Assembly (NCBI RefSeq): GCF_009914755.1
Contig: NC_060941.1
DNA length: 64,000 nucleotides
Source of the DNA: the human T2T-CHM13v2.0 reference genome, Homo sapiens
Reading direction: 5' to 3' (one strand)
Below, one piece after another: positions 14,130 to 27,660 of the stretch (position 1 is its first letter; each line of letters opens with the position of its first letter). The position numbers and the translations under genes were made by a program. The notes beneath the pieces are model-generated. The model searched no databases. It saw only the letters and a program-made list of their open reading frames with translations, and was not told the DNA's origin.

Positions 14130-17100
14130 CTGATTTTTTTTGTTTTGTTTTCTTTTAGATTTTAAAATTTTAGTAATCTGCTCTTACTAACTTTGCCTTT
14201 TAAAAATGTCCCAAACTCTGGATCCTCTTAATTGTTTAAACACATGCACACACACAGACTTACACATACACACACACATACACGCACTATATACATCTTT
14301 ATCACATTTCACAAATATATAGTTATTTGGAGAGAAGACATCTTATCTTTGACATATTTTCAATCTTATTGAGCAGTACTCAGAGAGCAAAATCCACAGG
14401 CATTTGTCTTCAATGCAATCATTTGTAACCTGTTTGGATAATTGAACTGTCAGCTTTGCCCTAGTCAGGATCCCCTGGCCATTAGACACTTGTTTGCTTT
14501 GTAGTAGTCAGTGTTTTCATTTCAATATACTTTGTTACTGCAAAGAGCACTGCCTCAAAACTACCATTAAGAAGAAAAAATACCCAGTGGCACACAAGAG
14601 AGTAAACTGCCAAAATAATGTATATGTAATTGGAATGGTGAGTAATCTGTCACCAAATCTGACGTGTCAGTTTAATTTCTCTTTTCAGAAGTCTGCAGCA
14701 TGACCTTCCTTATGCTTCAATTGTCTTAGTTAAGCATAAATATTTTAAATATTAATCTTGTAATGTGTAGTATACTGATATTTTATAACCTGAATTGTTC
14801 CAGAATAGTGCCAAAACATTCACATTTGGATAAAAATATATTGCATTTGTGCAATTCTAAGAACAGTTTCTGCTTCTTTTGATGGCAGGCGTGCCCTTAA
14901 AAAACAACTAACCATGTTCCATAAAAATGCGTATTGTTTTTTGACACTTCATTTTCAAATGAGTTCTGGGTTCACTTTGACCAGGACTAACACAGGCAGG
15001 CCAAAATGTCAATAACTTTTGGGAGCACATACAGCCAGTATTATTTCAGAAGGACCAAGAGTACAGTCTCAGGTTCAATGCAAAAGGCAACAATACAGTT
15101 GAACATTCTACAATTCCATCAATCTGTAGGGATCAAGAATTAAACTAAAGTTTATTACAAAAAAACCTTGTCTTCCACAGTTTTTGGGAAAAGCTGCTCT
15201 TTGTGCAGCCTCTATCCCTCTTAGACACTTGCCTAAACATTATATATTTAAGTTTTTTTGGTTGAAAACTGCCGAGGTTCCAAAGACATGGTTTGATTTC
15301 AACAGAAAAATAAAGCAAAGCAAGTGAAACACAGCCTGCTTCTGTAATTTAGAGCAATTATCTTACTCTTTATGACCCTCAACAGGAAAATTAAAATAGA
15401 ATTTCCTGCTTTTGGATTACACATATTTGACTGCTCAGTGTATTCTTCAGTGAACAGTTAATAAAATATTGTACTTGAAATAACCTGGTTTATCTGTCTA
15501 CTTCTTTAACATTTATAGCTTATTAGAAGACTAATATATATGTTGAACCCTAAATAATATTTTAGGCCTCCTGGAAAGCAACATATATGATATAATTTTA
15601 GATTATCAGAAAGTTACTATTTCCATCCTCACCACTAAATCTACCATAGTTCACTGGGGTCCTATATCCTCAAATTGTAAGGGTAATCCTTTAATAACTT
15701 AAAATCCAAACTGATCTCAAGATTTACCCTGCTATTGATGATTTTTACATAATAGCAGGGGATAAGGAATCCACGAACAGGTTTGGGAAAGTACAAATTA
15801 AAAATGAGAGTTTCTAGGACTGAGCCTCCTTCACTGGAAAATTAAAACATAAAACCTGACTTTCATTATTTTCCTTGAGCAGTTGTAACAGCTTGCACAC
15901 TAAAGATGTTATCTGAGATGGATGCAGGCCTTCCCCAGAGACGTGGCCCTGGGCTGCCTTAGACAGTAAATCCTTGTTCTGAGTAACCAGGAGTTAAAAA
16001 TTGGGAAGCATTTAGTCAAGTGAAAGAAAGTACTAACCCAAGAAGGCAGATATATTTCTGCTGGGCTTCTCTGAAGTACTAAATGATTCTTTTATTTATT
16101 CCTTAATTTTAACATTTAATGACAACCTAACATGTACTAGATAGTAGAGATCAAGGTGGATGCATGGAGACAGCAACCTTCCAGTTTAAATTGAGGACTG
16201 AGGAGACGGCCGATAGGCCCCCTACTAAGAAGTAATTCTAAAGTCTGGGAAAGAAGGAGTTCAAGGATGTTCACAAAAAAATGTGTTTGTATAAGCATGA
16301 CTTGGGATAATGAAGGGGTAATGAAGATGTGCTTTAGTGCATGGGAGACCAGGTAATTACCCCCAAATAATTCCAGAGTCAATTGGTACGGTGAATGCAG
16401 AGATGTTTTAAAATCTTCAACAAACGTTTTCTATAAAAGGTCAGCAAAATCAAAAACAAGAGCCTTATAGTTAAGTAGGGTCTAAAGCTAAAGTTAGTTG
16501 TACAAGTGGCGGTCAGATGTCAACAGTAGGAGCTCATTAGTTTCAACCACAAGACAGACAAGTCAGAAAGAGCAGTATGGTAGGAGTGAGCATGCCCTGA
16601 GGTATGCCTATCTGCATATTTGTTCTAGACAAAGACACTGCCACGCGTTTTGGTATATAAGGAATATATTGTTTCAGATTATAAAATAATACATGTTCCT
16701 TTGCTAAAATTTGCTGAACTCTGAAGACTATGGACTCTCGACACCCAGAGGTGGTCATTGTTTGTAATTATAAGGCTTCTCTTCCTTCAGGTGCATACTG
16801 TTTTACAATGGTAGAGCATGCCTTATAGAATAAGTTGGTCACTTTTCTCACTTAACATAACCAGTGGTTTCTTACGTACATAATAGAATTTCAGTCTCTA
16901 TGCAAGAAAGTTTCATTTTTTAGCCTATGAAGGCATTTTTCTCTCTTTCCAATATCTCTGAAAATCTCATAGTTTGTGATCTTAATCAGTCAACCTTCAG
17001 CTAACCAATTCACATCAAAGAAAAATATCGGGATCAAAAAACTTTTCACTTTAAAATTAAGTTTTCGGATAAAAGCAAGGGGGAGAAGGCAAAAAAAAGA

Positions 17101-18407
17101 AACTGTACTTTTTTACTTTTACCTTTGGCTTGATATCCTTGTTTCTCACTGAACCTATGTTTGCAGCAGCTGCAGCTCTGCCTAGAGTAACTCATCAATG
17201 GTGTGAATCTTATGGTGTCCTACGACTTTTCAGATCTTTGCCACTCAAACTCCAAACCCATCCAAATATAAGAAAATAAACAAAATATTTATTTGAAAAT
17301 CAAAATGTATTAAATATATATGCATTTCATACGTATAATATTCGGGCAGCTGTGTATTGAGTTCCATATGCAATCTTTGTCTTCTATTAATTTAAAAACT
17401 ATATTTTTCAGTTGTGGATGTTAAAGGATAAGTCTCACCAGTAAGCCTTGTTGCTAGTGAACTATTATTGACTCCTACCTATGCTTGCTAATGGCATGTG
17501 CCAAGCTCTTAGGCACCATTTAAAGAATAATCACCCTAAACTCATAATTTGTTGCCTTCAGCCTAGATGGTTTATACATAGAATCCAGCCAGTGTCAGAT
17601 ACTTTGTATTGTATTATTATTAATAATAATTTTGGCAATAATATTAATATAATACATTCAATTGGCCTCTTTGGGAAATGGTGTTTGTATTCTTTTAAAC
17701 AACACAGGTATTAAAAAAGATAGCTGGAACAACAAGAACATGGAAACTTAGTCCAATTTTTGGGCAGGTCTATAAGAACTTTAATGAACTCATCTTCTTG
17801 ACAGTTTATGGTTTAACTGCCTAGATCTACCTTTGAGAAAAGTAATATTCCCCTGTGCTATTCAAGAGCATAGATGAATTTTGGGTTGGCAAAACCTTCA
17901 TTAAAATTTTATGTAACCATTCTCTAGAGCTTGAAACTTGCATAATACCTTACCCAATGAATTATGCATGTCAGTTTCTATACTCACCCTATTTTTATGT
18001 TTAGCCTTTAAGCATATTTATAGCGGGATTCTCATAAACTCATTACACTGTAAATATATTAAAAGAAGTAGATTGTGTCCTTGATTGAAAATAACAAAAA
18101 AGTCCTGAGGAGGGTCATATTTACATGCATTAGTATGTAACCAAAATCTCCCAATGGTGACTCACCATCAAAAGTCAATGACATAATCAAAAGATTTACT
18201 GAAATCTCCAGTATATATAGCCCCCAAACACTGTAAATTAGTTTAGGATCTATGGACTAAATTCATAAAGTTTAAACATTGCACGTATGAAATAGGAAAG
18301 CAGTCTTAGATCTTCAGAACCAGAATCAAGAAATTCAAGGTAAGAGTTTACTGAAGACAAAGTCCCTTTTATGTTTGTACATTCTTTTCTCACTAAGTTT
18401 ATGTAAT

Positions 18408-18915
18408 GCTGTTTTGGGAAGCTCACGACCACTGCTAGGTTCAGCCATTGGCTATAAAAACTCACAAGAATCAGCATGAGATTTATTACAGCAGAAAGTA
18501 AAAAATACAAAGTAAATTTATCAAAGAGTAAAGGTGCAAGGAGAGAAGTCCAGAGAAACCAGACACAAGCTTCCAAGAGTCTTTTTCCAGTGGAGTCACA
18601 CGTAGAATGTACAGCACTTAATTTATCCAGCATTAAATAGTGATAACACATGTGAAGTGTTGTCTACCAGGAAAGCTTATTTGAGACTCAGTGCCAAGGT
18701 GTTTATTGGAGGCAATTCATGCACATAACTTCTGCCTAGCACGTACCAAAATTCCAAATTCCCAGAGGGAAAGCTGGTGTTCAGCATAAACCACACTGTA
18801 CAGTTCAGGCATAGTGAGCCACTAGTCTCAATTTCTAGAAATGGTGAGAAGTTTCCTGGAATCCAAGTTCCTAGATACTAGCCAAGGGCCAATCTTATAA
18901 GCAGGACTTTTGATG
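18408..18915 (-). mobile_element. ERVL LTR fragment (MER77/MER21-like)
   Basis: 'aagtccagagaaaccagacacaagcttccaagagtc...ccagtggagtcacac', 'tgttgtctaccaggaaagct', 'gttcagcataaaccacac'. Exact subfamily uncertain. Confidence 0.7.
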
Positions 18916-21900
18916 TTGCTCTTTTCTGCTGCTACCTTAGGTATAACTTCTTCGAAATTATTTGTATATCTGCCATATCACTTAAAATGATTTTCATCTT
19001 GATAATGCAAGTTATGTGTCCAAAGGCAGAATTAGGAAGAGATACACTGATATAGATTTAATACATGTAAGTAACCTTAAGAGTAGACTGGTAAAAGGTA
19101 GTAAAATAGTTAGAAGTGATATGTTTTGAGTATTACCTTTGTTTTTATTTTTATTGATTTTTTAATATGGCTTTTTTGACAACTGGCTTGCAAAATCTCT
19201 GAAAACTTATCCTTCAGTGTTAGCTGGCTTTGGCACAGCCCAAGAATGCAAGTATGTATCAGTCCTCTGTTCTCATCCTGTCTACTAATATTCTATTGAC
19301 TTCTCTCCAAGTCAAAGATGGGGAAGTATACTTCTATGGAGGTAAGCGAGCAGGATGGAAGGTTTGCTCAAAATACTTCTAAACTACGACACCATCTCCT
19401 ATTCTGAGTATCATTTTAGAGTTTTCATCTGCTTTGCCTTATTTCATTCTAATTTAACTTTATACATAAAGAAATTATGTTCTTGGTTTTATCTTTTAAC
19501 CAGTATCATTCACGCAGGGGTAAAATGTAAACAAGAGGCAGGGAGGGAGATAGTTTTTAGGGTTGTTTTTGTTGTTGTTGTTATTTGCTTTTTTTAGGTC
19601 CCCCAATTTTAAACTCAATGCAATGTTTCTCAGCAGAGAATAAAGTGAACATTGCCAAGAGGCCTGTAGTCTCTCACTGGATTTTTAGTTTACAGATTCT
19701 TTGTAGCTTCTTTCCAAGATTTTTATTTGAGGCTTCTTCAATGCATGATGAGGCTTGAAACAATAGAATTTCCAAGTCTCTACTTCGTGAAGTTTGCTGC
19801 CAACTTACAAATGCCTTGTAGCCTCTAAAGACTCAGCTGTGTAAAAGTACTTAAAAACTGGCCCATTTTAAGCACCCTATTTGATGATCATTACTTTATT
19901 TTCTTGGAGAAATGTAGCCCACCCTTATGCCCTACTGCACTTGAGAAGCCCTTAAGAAATAACATTAAGTCCACACCGGTAATGAAGTAAAAGCAGGGGG
20001 TGACATGTCGACAGAGTAATCCTTGTGTGATTTACATTCAGTTCCTTACCATGAACATAATCTTTAACCTATCTTAAAAAATAGACTAATTGCCACACAG
20101 TGTATCTCCCTAAGATTGTAGAGGATAAAGAAATAAGGGGCCACTGTCCTTTACTGCTGGAAAATGTCTTCAGGAGACATTTCATTAGAAAACACTTTGG
20201 GGCTTACAGAGAACCAATGACACCATCAACACCACTTCTCCCTCTGATCTAGTCTTCTTGTCTTCAGGTAATTTTCATATATGCTTTATCTTCCAGACTG
20301 GATTATAAGGCCCTTCAGGACAGTAATTTTATCTTCTCTGCCCATTATATCATTTTAGATGCTTTTAAAGCTATTGTACCTGTTATGGGGAAGAATAGGG
20401 ACAGAAAAACAGGAATAATAGCCACAGTGTACACTTCATTGGTGACATTAATTAAATTGTGTTTCTCAGTCAGGGATACATGTCCTCATGAAGCATTTAT
20501 TAAATCCAAAATTATTGCATGTCAACAAATGCTCCACGGGTTTTAGTGTAGAGTAGCTTTTAGAATCTTGCCCTAGACACCACTGCCACCACCACTGCCA
20601 CCACCACTGCTTATTTAGCCCCTTTAACCTCACCACACCTTCTGTTTATTGTTTCACAGTTTATTCTTCCTACATGCTGGATACTCTGTCTAGGGTTGCC
20701 ATCTTCAGCCTGCTGATACTTCAAATCTCAGTTTCATGATGACTTCACTTAGAAAATAGTTATTGATCCCACAGCCTGGGTTAGAGACATCTTTTTCTAC
20801 CATATGCTATGACTTTGTCTACCTTAACATTTACCAGTCGGTGATTACTGATCAATTTGCATGCTTCTGCTAAATTGTAAGCCCCTTAAGGACAGGAGCC
20901 CTACTGTACCTGGCTTTTTGTATCCAACACCTGTCTGGGGTCTAGAACAAGATAGGCCCCCATCTACACTTATTCTGTAAATTAATGGACATGTAAAAAG
21001 ATGCAAAGAGATATTTCTTCACTGGAGATTGTCACTGTCAGTAATATATTGGCATTCTAGGCATGCTGGCAATCATCTGGACTCTGAATCCCAGTTGAAA
21101 TCTGAAGAAAATAAGCAATAACTAACATAAAGTTTCATGTTTTTTGACATGTTGTCTTTCAGTACAGCTAACTCTGACTAAAATTTTCAAAGGATAATTC
21201 CATAAATTCATAAATCTCTAAGGGAAACTCCAAAAATACTCTGTCTGAAATAGATAGCCATTAATATTAAAATCTTAAATTAAGATAAATTATTCTATTC
21301 ATAGCTTTTCTGATTGTTAAAATTTACCAATTCTCTCTGTCTCCCTCTTAATAAATGATAGTTTTTTACTGTTGTTGTCATCACTATATCTTTCTCAAAT
21401 GTTCCACATTGACTAAGGACATTCTTCTAGGTTTCTTTTTCATCTCTCTATCTTTGACAAAATAGTTATTTTAATTGAGGTCAAGTAAGATACAGATCAT
21501 GTAAACTTGCATTTTGAATTCTGTCTTCTGCATCTACTTTTGAATATTCCACAGGAATATGGTTGCTTAATGTTCCACATCTTAAATTTATCATCTTATG
21601 TAGAGTTTCAAAGAGATTCCATTACCAAGGAATTACAAGGTGCCAGATATTGTGCTAGGCTTTTTTTCTAGTAAAAGAAGCATAAAATGAAAGAATATTT
21701 GGAAATACAGCTAGAGTAATTTATTCAAGTAGGTCCTTGATGAGTTGAATGAATGATAAGTCTATGAATAAATGGACTTAGAAATTTCAGATTAATGACT
21801 TTTTGGAGTAACTGCATTAAAAAAAAAACCTGATGTGAAATTATTCAAATTGTCCATATTGAATAATAGCATTCCATGAATTGATTGATGCCTAAATGTT

Positions 21901-22029
21901 GAGCTCCAAAAGTTTTTCAAAATTTTATTTTAATAAAAAATAAATATTGATACTAGTATACATTTGAGTCATTAATCTTATTTTTTAAAGTTGTTTCCAC
22001 ATTCATTGTTTAAAATCCATTATCCTCCA

Positions 22030-22669
22030 TATATCAGAGGTAGTCTTCAACTAAGTGAACTTATCTAAGCTGGAACTGTTTCCTAGAAATTCCTTCTCTA
22101 TTTGATTCCAGGTTACGATTGGTTCATGCGAAATTAGCATGAGCCTTTTTATGGCTAAAGTGCAGCAGAACCCCTTATACACTGAAGGTCAGAATGGGGA
22201 ACCATACACTATTGCAGCTTACAGAGAATAAGTTCTCCACTGTTGGTTTGCTTTCTAGGGATAGTGCAGCAACTGTCCCTGTAGCTCCTCACATTCCAAG
22301 ATATCCCATTTAACTTTTAGGAACCTAGGATAGGCTCATGTGTACCTCTACAGCCAAGGGTACTAGCTTCTGTTCATCACCACCAGTATCTGCAGGGGAG
22401 ACCATGAAGACAAATGAGGCTTTGAGTTTATCCTCACACCAATCAGTTTGTCCTCACACTTCTGTGGCTCATGTACACCATTTCTTCCTGTGACTGATTT
22501 TCTTGACCTTTAGAAACGTCAGACCCTCCATTAGACAAAGATGCAACAGCTTTCCCTAAATTTCTTCACCAGTTCGCACAATTGCATAAGGGCTAATCTC
22601 CACAATAAATCTCTTATTTCATATTGATGATAATAGTTCTGATTATTTGAATGAATCCTAACCATTACA
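22030..22669 (+). mobile_element. Old ERVL LTR (LTR41-like)
   Basis: 3' end 'caattgcataagggctaatctccacaataaatctcttatttc...gaatcctaaccattaca'. The 5' boundary is approximate. Confidence 0.55.
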
Positions 22670-22884
22670 TCCCACATCAGACCTTATGTAGGTCTTACAT
22701 ATGACCTTGGCAGCACGGGTAGATTACCACTGCTGTGATGTGATTACACTGATTCAAAGATGCTATAATATTTTATATTCTGTAGTGCTGAAATTGAGAA
22801 TTACCAAATCTAGCATGAGCAGTGAAATTAGAGGCATTTTATTACTGCAATATTTATTTATAGCTACCTATTTATATGGTAGCT

Positions 22885-23150
22885 AAAAGAACTCCTAGAA
22901 AAAAATAGACTCTACAATTATTTCTGAGAATTTTAATACTTATTAATTGGTAGAACAAATAGAAAATCAGTAAAGTTATAGAAAACGTGAGTAACAATAT
23001 TAACCAAATTATTTTACCAACCTAAAAGACAATTATGGAACAGTCCATCCAACAGTAAAATACACATTCTTTTTAAGGCCACACAAAACATTCACAAAGA
23101 TAGACTGGATTTTAAGCTATAAAACGAGTCTCAAACATTTATAAATAGTT
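22885..23150 (+). mobile_element. Old L1M fragment (ORF2 endonuclease region)
   Basis: 'gtagaacaaatagaaaatcagtaaag...aaaatacacattcttttta...aacattcacaaagatagac...acgagtctcaa'. Confidence 0.65.
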
Positions 23151-24818
23151 GTAATAATTGTAGCAGTGGTGGATTTACACAAGTAATGTGAATGGCTGAA
23201 GCCAAAATTTTTGTGTGACTTTAAATTCATTTTTCTTTCACAAAAAAAAAAATAAAAATTGTGTGTATAAGTGTGTGCATATGTGTCATGACGAGGAGGT
23301 GGTGAGAAACACTGGCTGGGTTTCTGGTATGAGTTACTTCTGTTCAAATAACAAATTCAGTTACAAAAATAGCTATGGCTTCTAAGTCCATATCTTGTAA
23401 GAGCTCATACTTTGTCAGAGATAAAGACTCAATAAATATACATATCAGTATATACACATACACACATATATGCTGATATACATGTGTATATATATGCAGA
23501 CACATACGTGTGTGTTATATATGTATGTATGTGTATAATACATAAGACAAATATAGATTACCATGGGAGAATATACAAGGAAGTATTCAATTACTAGTGT
23601 CAGTGGTGGAAATTAATAACAAAAGCCTTCACAGAAGTACAGCTTTAAGATATGAATAGGAGCTCATCAAAAAGATAAGAAGAAAGAAATTTTAAGCATG
23701 AAGTTCATCATATGTAACAGGAAGGGGCTCAAAGACATATTTGAGAACAGCTAAAAATTTAGGGTGATTAGAAGCCGTGGAAGAGGAACAGTTAAAGGTA
23801 TAGCTGGATAGATATTTGGAGGCTAACTTGTGAAGGGCCTTAGATTATATGTAGAGAAGTTGAGATTTTTTTATCATGAAGGATATGGAGCCCACAAAAT
23901 TGTTTTTATATGTTTGATATTTACTAACAGATGCGTTGTTTTAATATGACAATTGGTAATAATGTACGAAATGGTTTGGGACAGGGAAAGAATTACAGTC
24001 AGAGGTTAGCTGAGACACCACAGGAGGATGTCGTGATCTACAGACAAGCAACGTCAGTACCACCTGGGAGCTCCTGAGAAAGGCAGAACGTCAGGCCCCA
24101 CCAAAATGTTAATGTGCACATGAACCACCTGGAAATTTTGCTCAATTCAGAGACCAATTTAGCAGTGTTGGTGTGGGAACCAAGATTCATCATTCTTACA
24201 CAACTTCTGTGTGAGGTCTCAGTGGTGATCTATAGTGTTCACTTTCAGTAATAAGGGCAAGGTAGTAGGAGTTGAAGATGGTTAGCAGGCATTGTGAAAC
24301 AATTAAAATAATATTACAAAACAGAAGTGCCAGGAATTACAGTCATCAACCATTCAAGGTGACTGGATAGAAATGATTGATAAAATTTGTATTCATAATT
24401 TGAACAAGATGGGAGTGTTATGTGAATGTAAAATATGTTAATAAATAATACTTCCATTACAAAAGTAATACATAATTGCTATTGAAAGTCTGCACAACAC
24501 AGTAATGTGGAAAGGAATAAAACCAAGTACACATATTTTCAAACCTCCAAAAGCTCCACTATTCACAATTTTCTCATTCTAGTCATTTTTTACCCCCTAT
24601 TGTAGAATCTTATAAACTACAAAAAGGAGCTTAAACTTGAACTGAATGGTAATCAAATATAACTTAGATTTATGGAGCTGGAGCAATAAAGCAAAGTTTA
24701 TATTGTATTATACATTCCAGATATCAGAAATACTTTGTTTTGCTTTCCTGAAATGTCTCCTTTGTCCCTGAAGGAGTTGGTTATCCTGTGCCGCAGGTCA
24801 CATAAATAATGTGATGCT

Positions 24819-25160
<342 letters not shown>

Positions 25161-26189
25161 TCAGGAAGCAAGAATATTCTATCATCCCCACTGGACTTCT
25201 ACAAAAAACATCATGGTACAGTTAACAAGAGCACTGATGATCTGTTTAGGGCCAGAGGTTGAAGAGCGTGGTTTGTTGTTATTTCCGAGACTGACATACT
25301 TGTGGATCGAGCCCAGCTTGACAGAACAGATGATGAATTTTTCAATTAGCTGTTGTAAAAGAAATAAACAAACAAACAAAACAACTTACTTGCCTGCATG
25401 CTTACCTTGTAGTCTTTATGATTTAGGAAATAAACTAGTTTTTTACTCCTGAAAAGCGTTTTTTGCTTTACTTTCTTTCTTTTTTTTAAAAAAATTGGCA
25501 GCAGTTTTTGAGGTTAGTAAGCATGAGAGAGAACACAGAGAGGGAACTGAATAAACTCCTGACAATATCCATATTCTTACATAATGAAAATTGAGCTTCA
25601 AAATTTTTCCCACCTTAACCATAATTCAACTTCTCAATGATCTCCAGTGAATAAAAACCAAAAATGAAAGATAATGGAGAAATTCCACATACGTAATATT
25701 CAACTTCTCTCCCAACCAATTCCTGCCCAGCAGCTTTTAAACTGAAGGAGAACAGCAGAGAGGAGATAGCCACACTTCCACCAAGCAGATGCAGATCTGT
25801 TCCCTAAACTCCTTTCTGTCTGCTCAGGAAGGGTATCTCTAGTCACACTATGAAGTTACAACTATCTCCACTCCTCGTAATCTAGCCCTCTTGTCTACTT
25901 TATGCTATCCTCTTCTATTTTACTTTTACATATGTAATTTGCCTTTCGTCCTTCCTTCCCCCACCCCCAAAGAATGTATCTTCCAAGACAGCAAGAATTT
26001 TATCATCTGTTTTTCAAAAGGCACAATGTTTAGAAGAGCATCTAATGCATTGTAGGTGCTTAGTAAATCTTTTTGAATTAATAAGTCTCATTTTTAATCA
26101 ATTAAAATATGAGTGATGTATTAAATTTGCCATGATGTAATGACATAAATGTTTACAGATCTATACATTTATTTAACGTTTGTATATAG

Positions 26190-26900
26190 ATGATTATGCA
26201 ATCTGCAAATAAAATTAGAAGCTAAAACTAAAAACTCATTCACTTCGTCTTTTCCAATATATGTTTTTATTTCTGTTCTTGCCTTATTGCACTGACTAGA
26301 TCTTTTAGTACAATACTGAATAAATGGTAGAAAGAGATTCCCAGACTTACTCTAACTCTTAGGCAAAGCATCCAGTCTGTCACCAATAAGTAAGATGACA
26401 GCTGTAAGTTTTTCATAGATAAACTTCAATCAGATTGAAGAAGTATCCTGTATACCTAGTTTCCGGAAAGATATCGTGAGAAATGGATGCTGGATTTTGA
26501 CAATGCGTTTTGTGGGTGTTTATTTAAATGATAATTTTTAACTTCTTACTAAGGTGAATTACATTATTGATTTATGTATGCTAAACTAACTTTGCACTTT
26601 TGAGATAAACGTCATTTTGTCATGATGTAATACTCATTTTGCATCTTGTTGGTTTTGATTAACTAAAATTTTGTTTAGATATTTTTCACCAGTATTTATA
26701 AGACATATCAGTTTTCCATTTCTTTTGTTAATAGGTTTCTGTCTGGTGAGATGGCCTCTTTAAATGAGTTGGAAAAATATTTCCTGCTTTTTAACATTCT
26801 GGTAAAATCTTATTGCTATGTAACCTTTATTTCCTATTGTCCTTATGTTCCTTTTGTACTTTTTCTAATTGTATTTTTGTGGAGAGCCAAGTTTTTTGTG
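26190..26900 (-). mobile_element. Old L1M fragment (ORF2 RT region), antisense
   Basis: 'caatctgcaaat', 'gccttattgcactgactaga...tacaatactgaata', 'aaatggatgctggattttg'. Confidence 0.65.
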
Positions 26901-26924
26901 CGTATATATTACTATTTCATGTTT

Positions 26925-27268
26925 TTTTCTTCTTTTCTCTTTTCTTTTCTTTCTTTCTTTCTTTTTTTTTTTTTTTTTTTTTAGTAAGGATCTCCCTCTG
27001 TCACCCAGGCTGGAGTGCAGTAGTGAGACCATGGCTCACTGCAGCCTCGACATTCCCTTGATTCAAGTGATTCTCATATTTCAGCCTCCAGAGTAGCTGG
27101 GACTACAGGCAGGTGCCATCACACCTGGCTAATTTCTCTTTTATTTTTTATAGAAAAAGGGTTTCATCATGTTGCCCTGGCAGGTCTCAAATTCCTAGGA
27201 TCAAGCTATGCTCCCTCCTGGGCCTCCCAAAGTTCAGGAATTACAGGCATGAGCCACTACCCCTGGCC
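26925..27268 (-). mobile_element. Alu (AluJ-like) with CT/T-rich tail
   Basis: 'accatggctcactgcagcctcgac', 'ggcatgagccactacccctggcc'; J-type diagnostics and high divergence. Confidence 0.93.
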
Positions 27269-27467
27269 TATTTTTAAATAAGATGATTTTTTCCCAAATA
27301 AGTGGTATTTGTGAATATATTGTATTAAGGAAGAGCCAAGACAATATCCCCCCCTAGTGAAAAGTCTTTCTGGCTCACAAACAAATTCTTTTTTGATTCA
27401 GGGGCTCCTGCATAAGTATTAGACAGGTTACTCAATGTTTCCTTTGACAAAGGTGAGTAGCTATACG

Positions 27468-27660
27468 TAGGGTTGCCAGATTTATCAAATAAAAATACAC
27501 AAAACCCAGTTATATTTGAATTTCAGATAAACAACAAACAGCATTTTGGTATGCATATGTCTCATGCAATATTTTGAATGTACTTACGTTGAAACAAGTG
27601 TAAATCTAAATTTGAAATTCAAATGTAACTGGAAATTCTGTATTTTTTCTGACAACCCTA
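27468..27660. mobile_element. MER53 palindromic hAT MITE (193 bp)
   Basis: TIRs 'tagggttgccaga' and 'tctgacaacccta'; internal inverted arms 'ccagttatatttgaatttcaga' and 'tttgaaattcaaatgtaactgg'. Confidence 0.9.
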
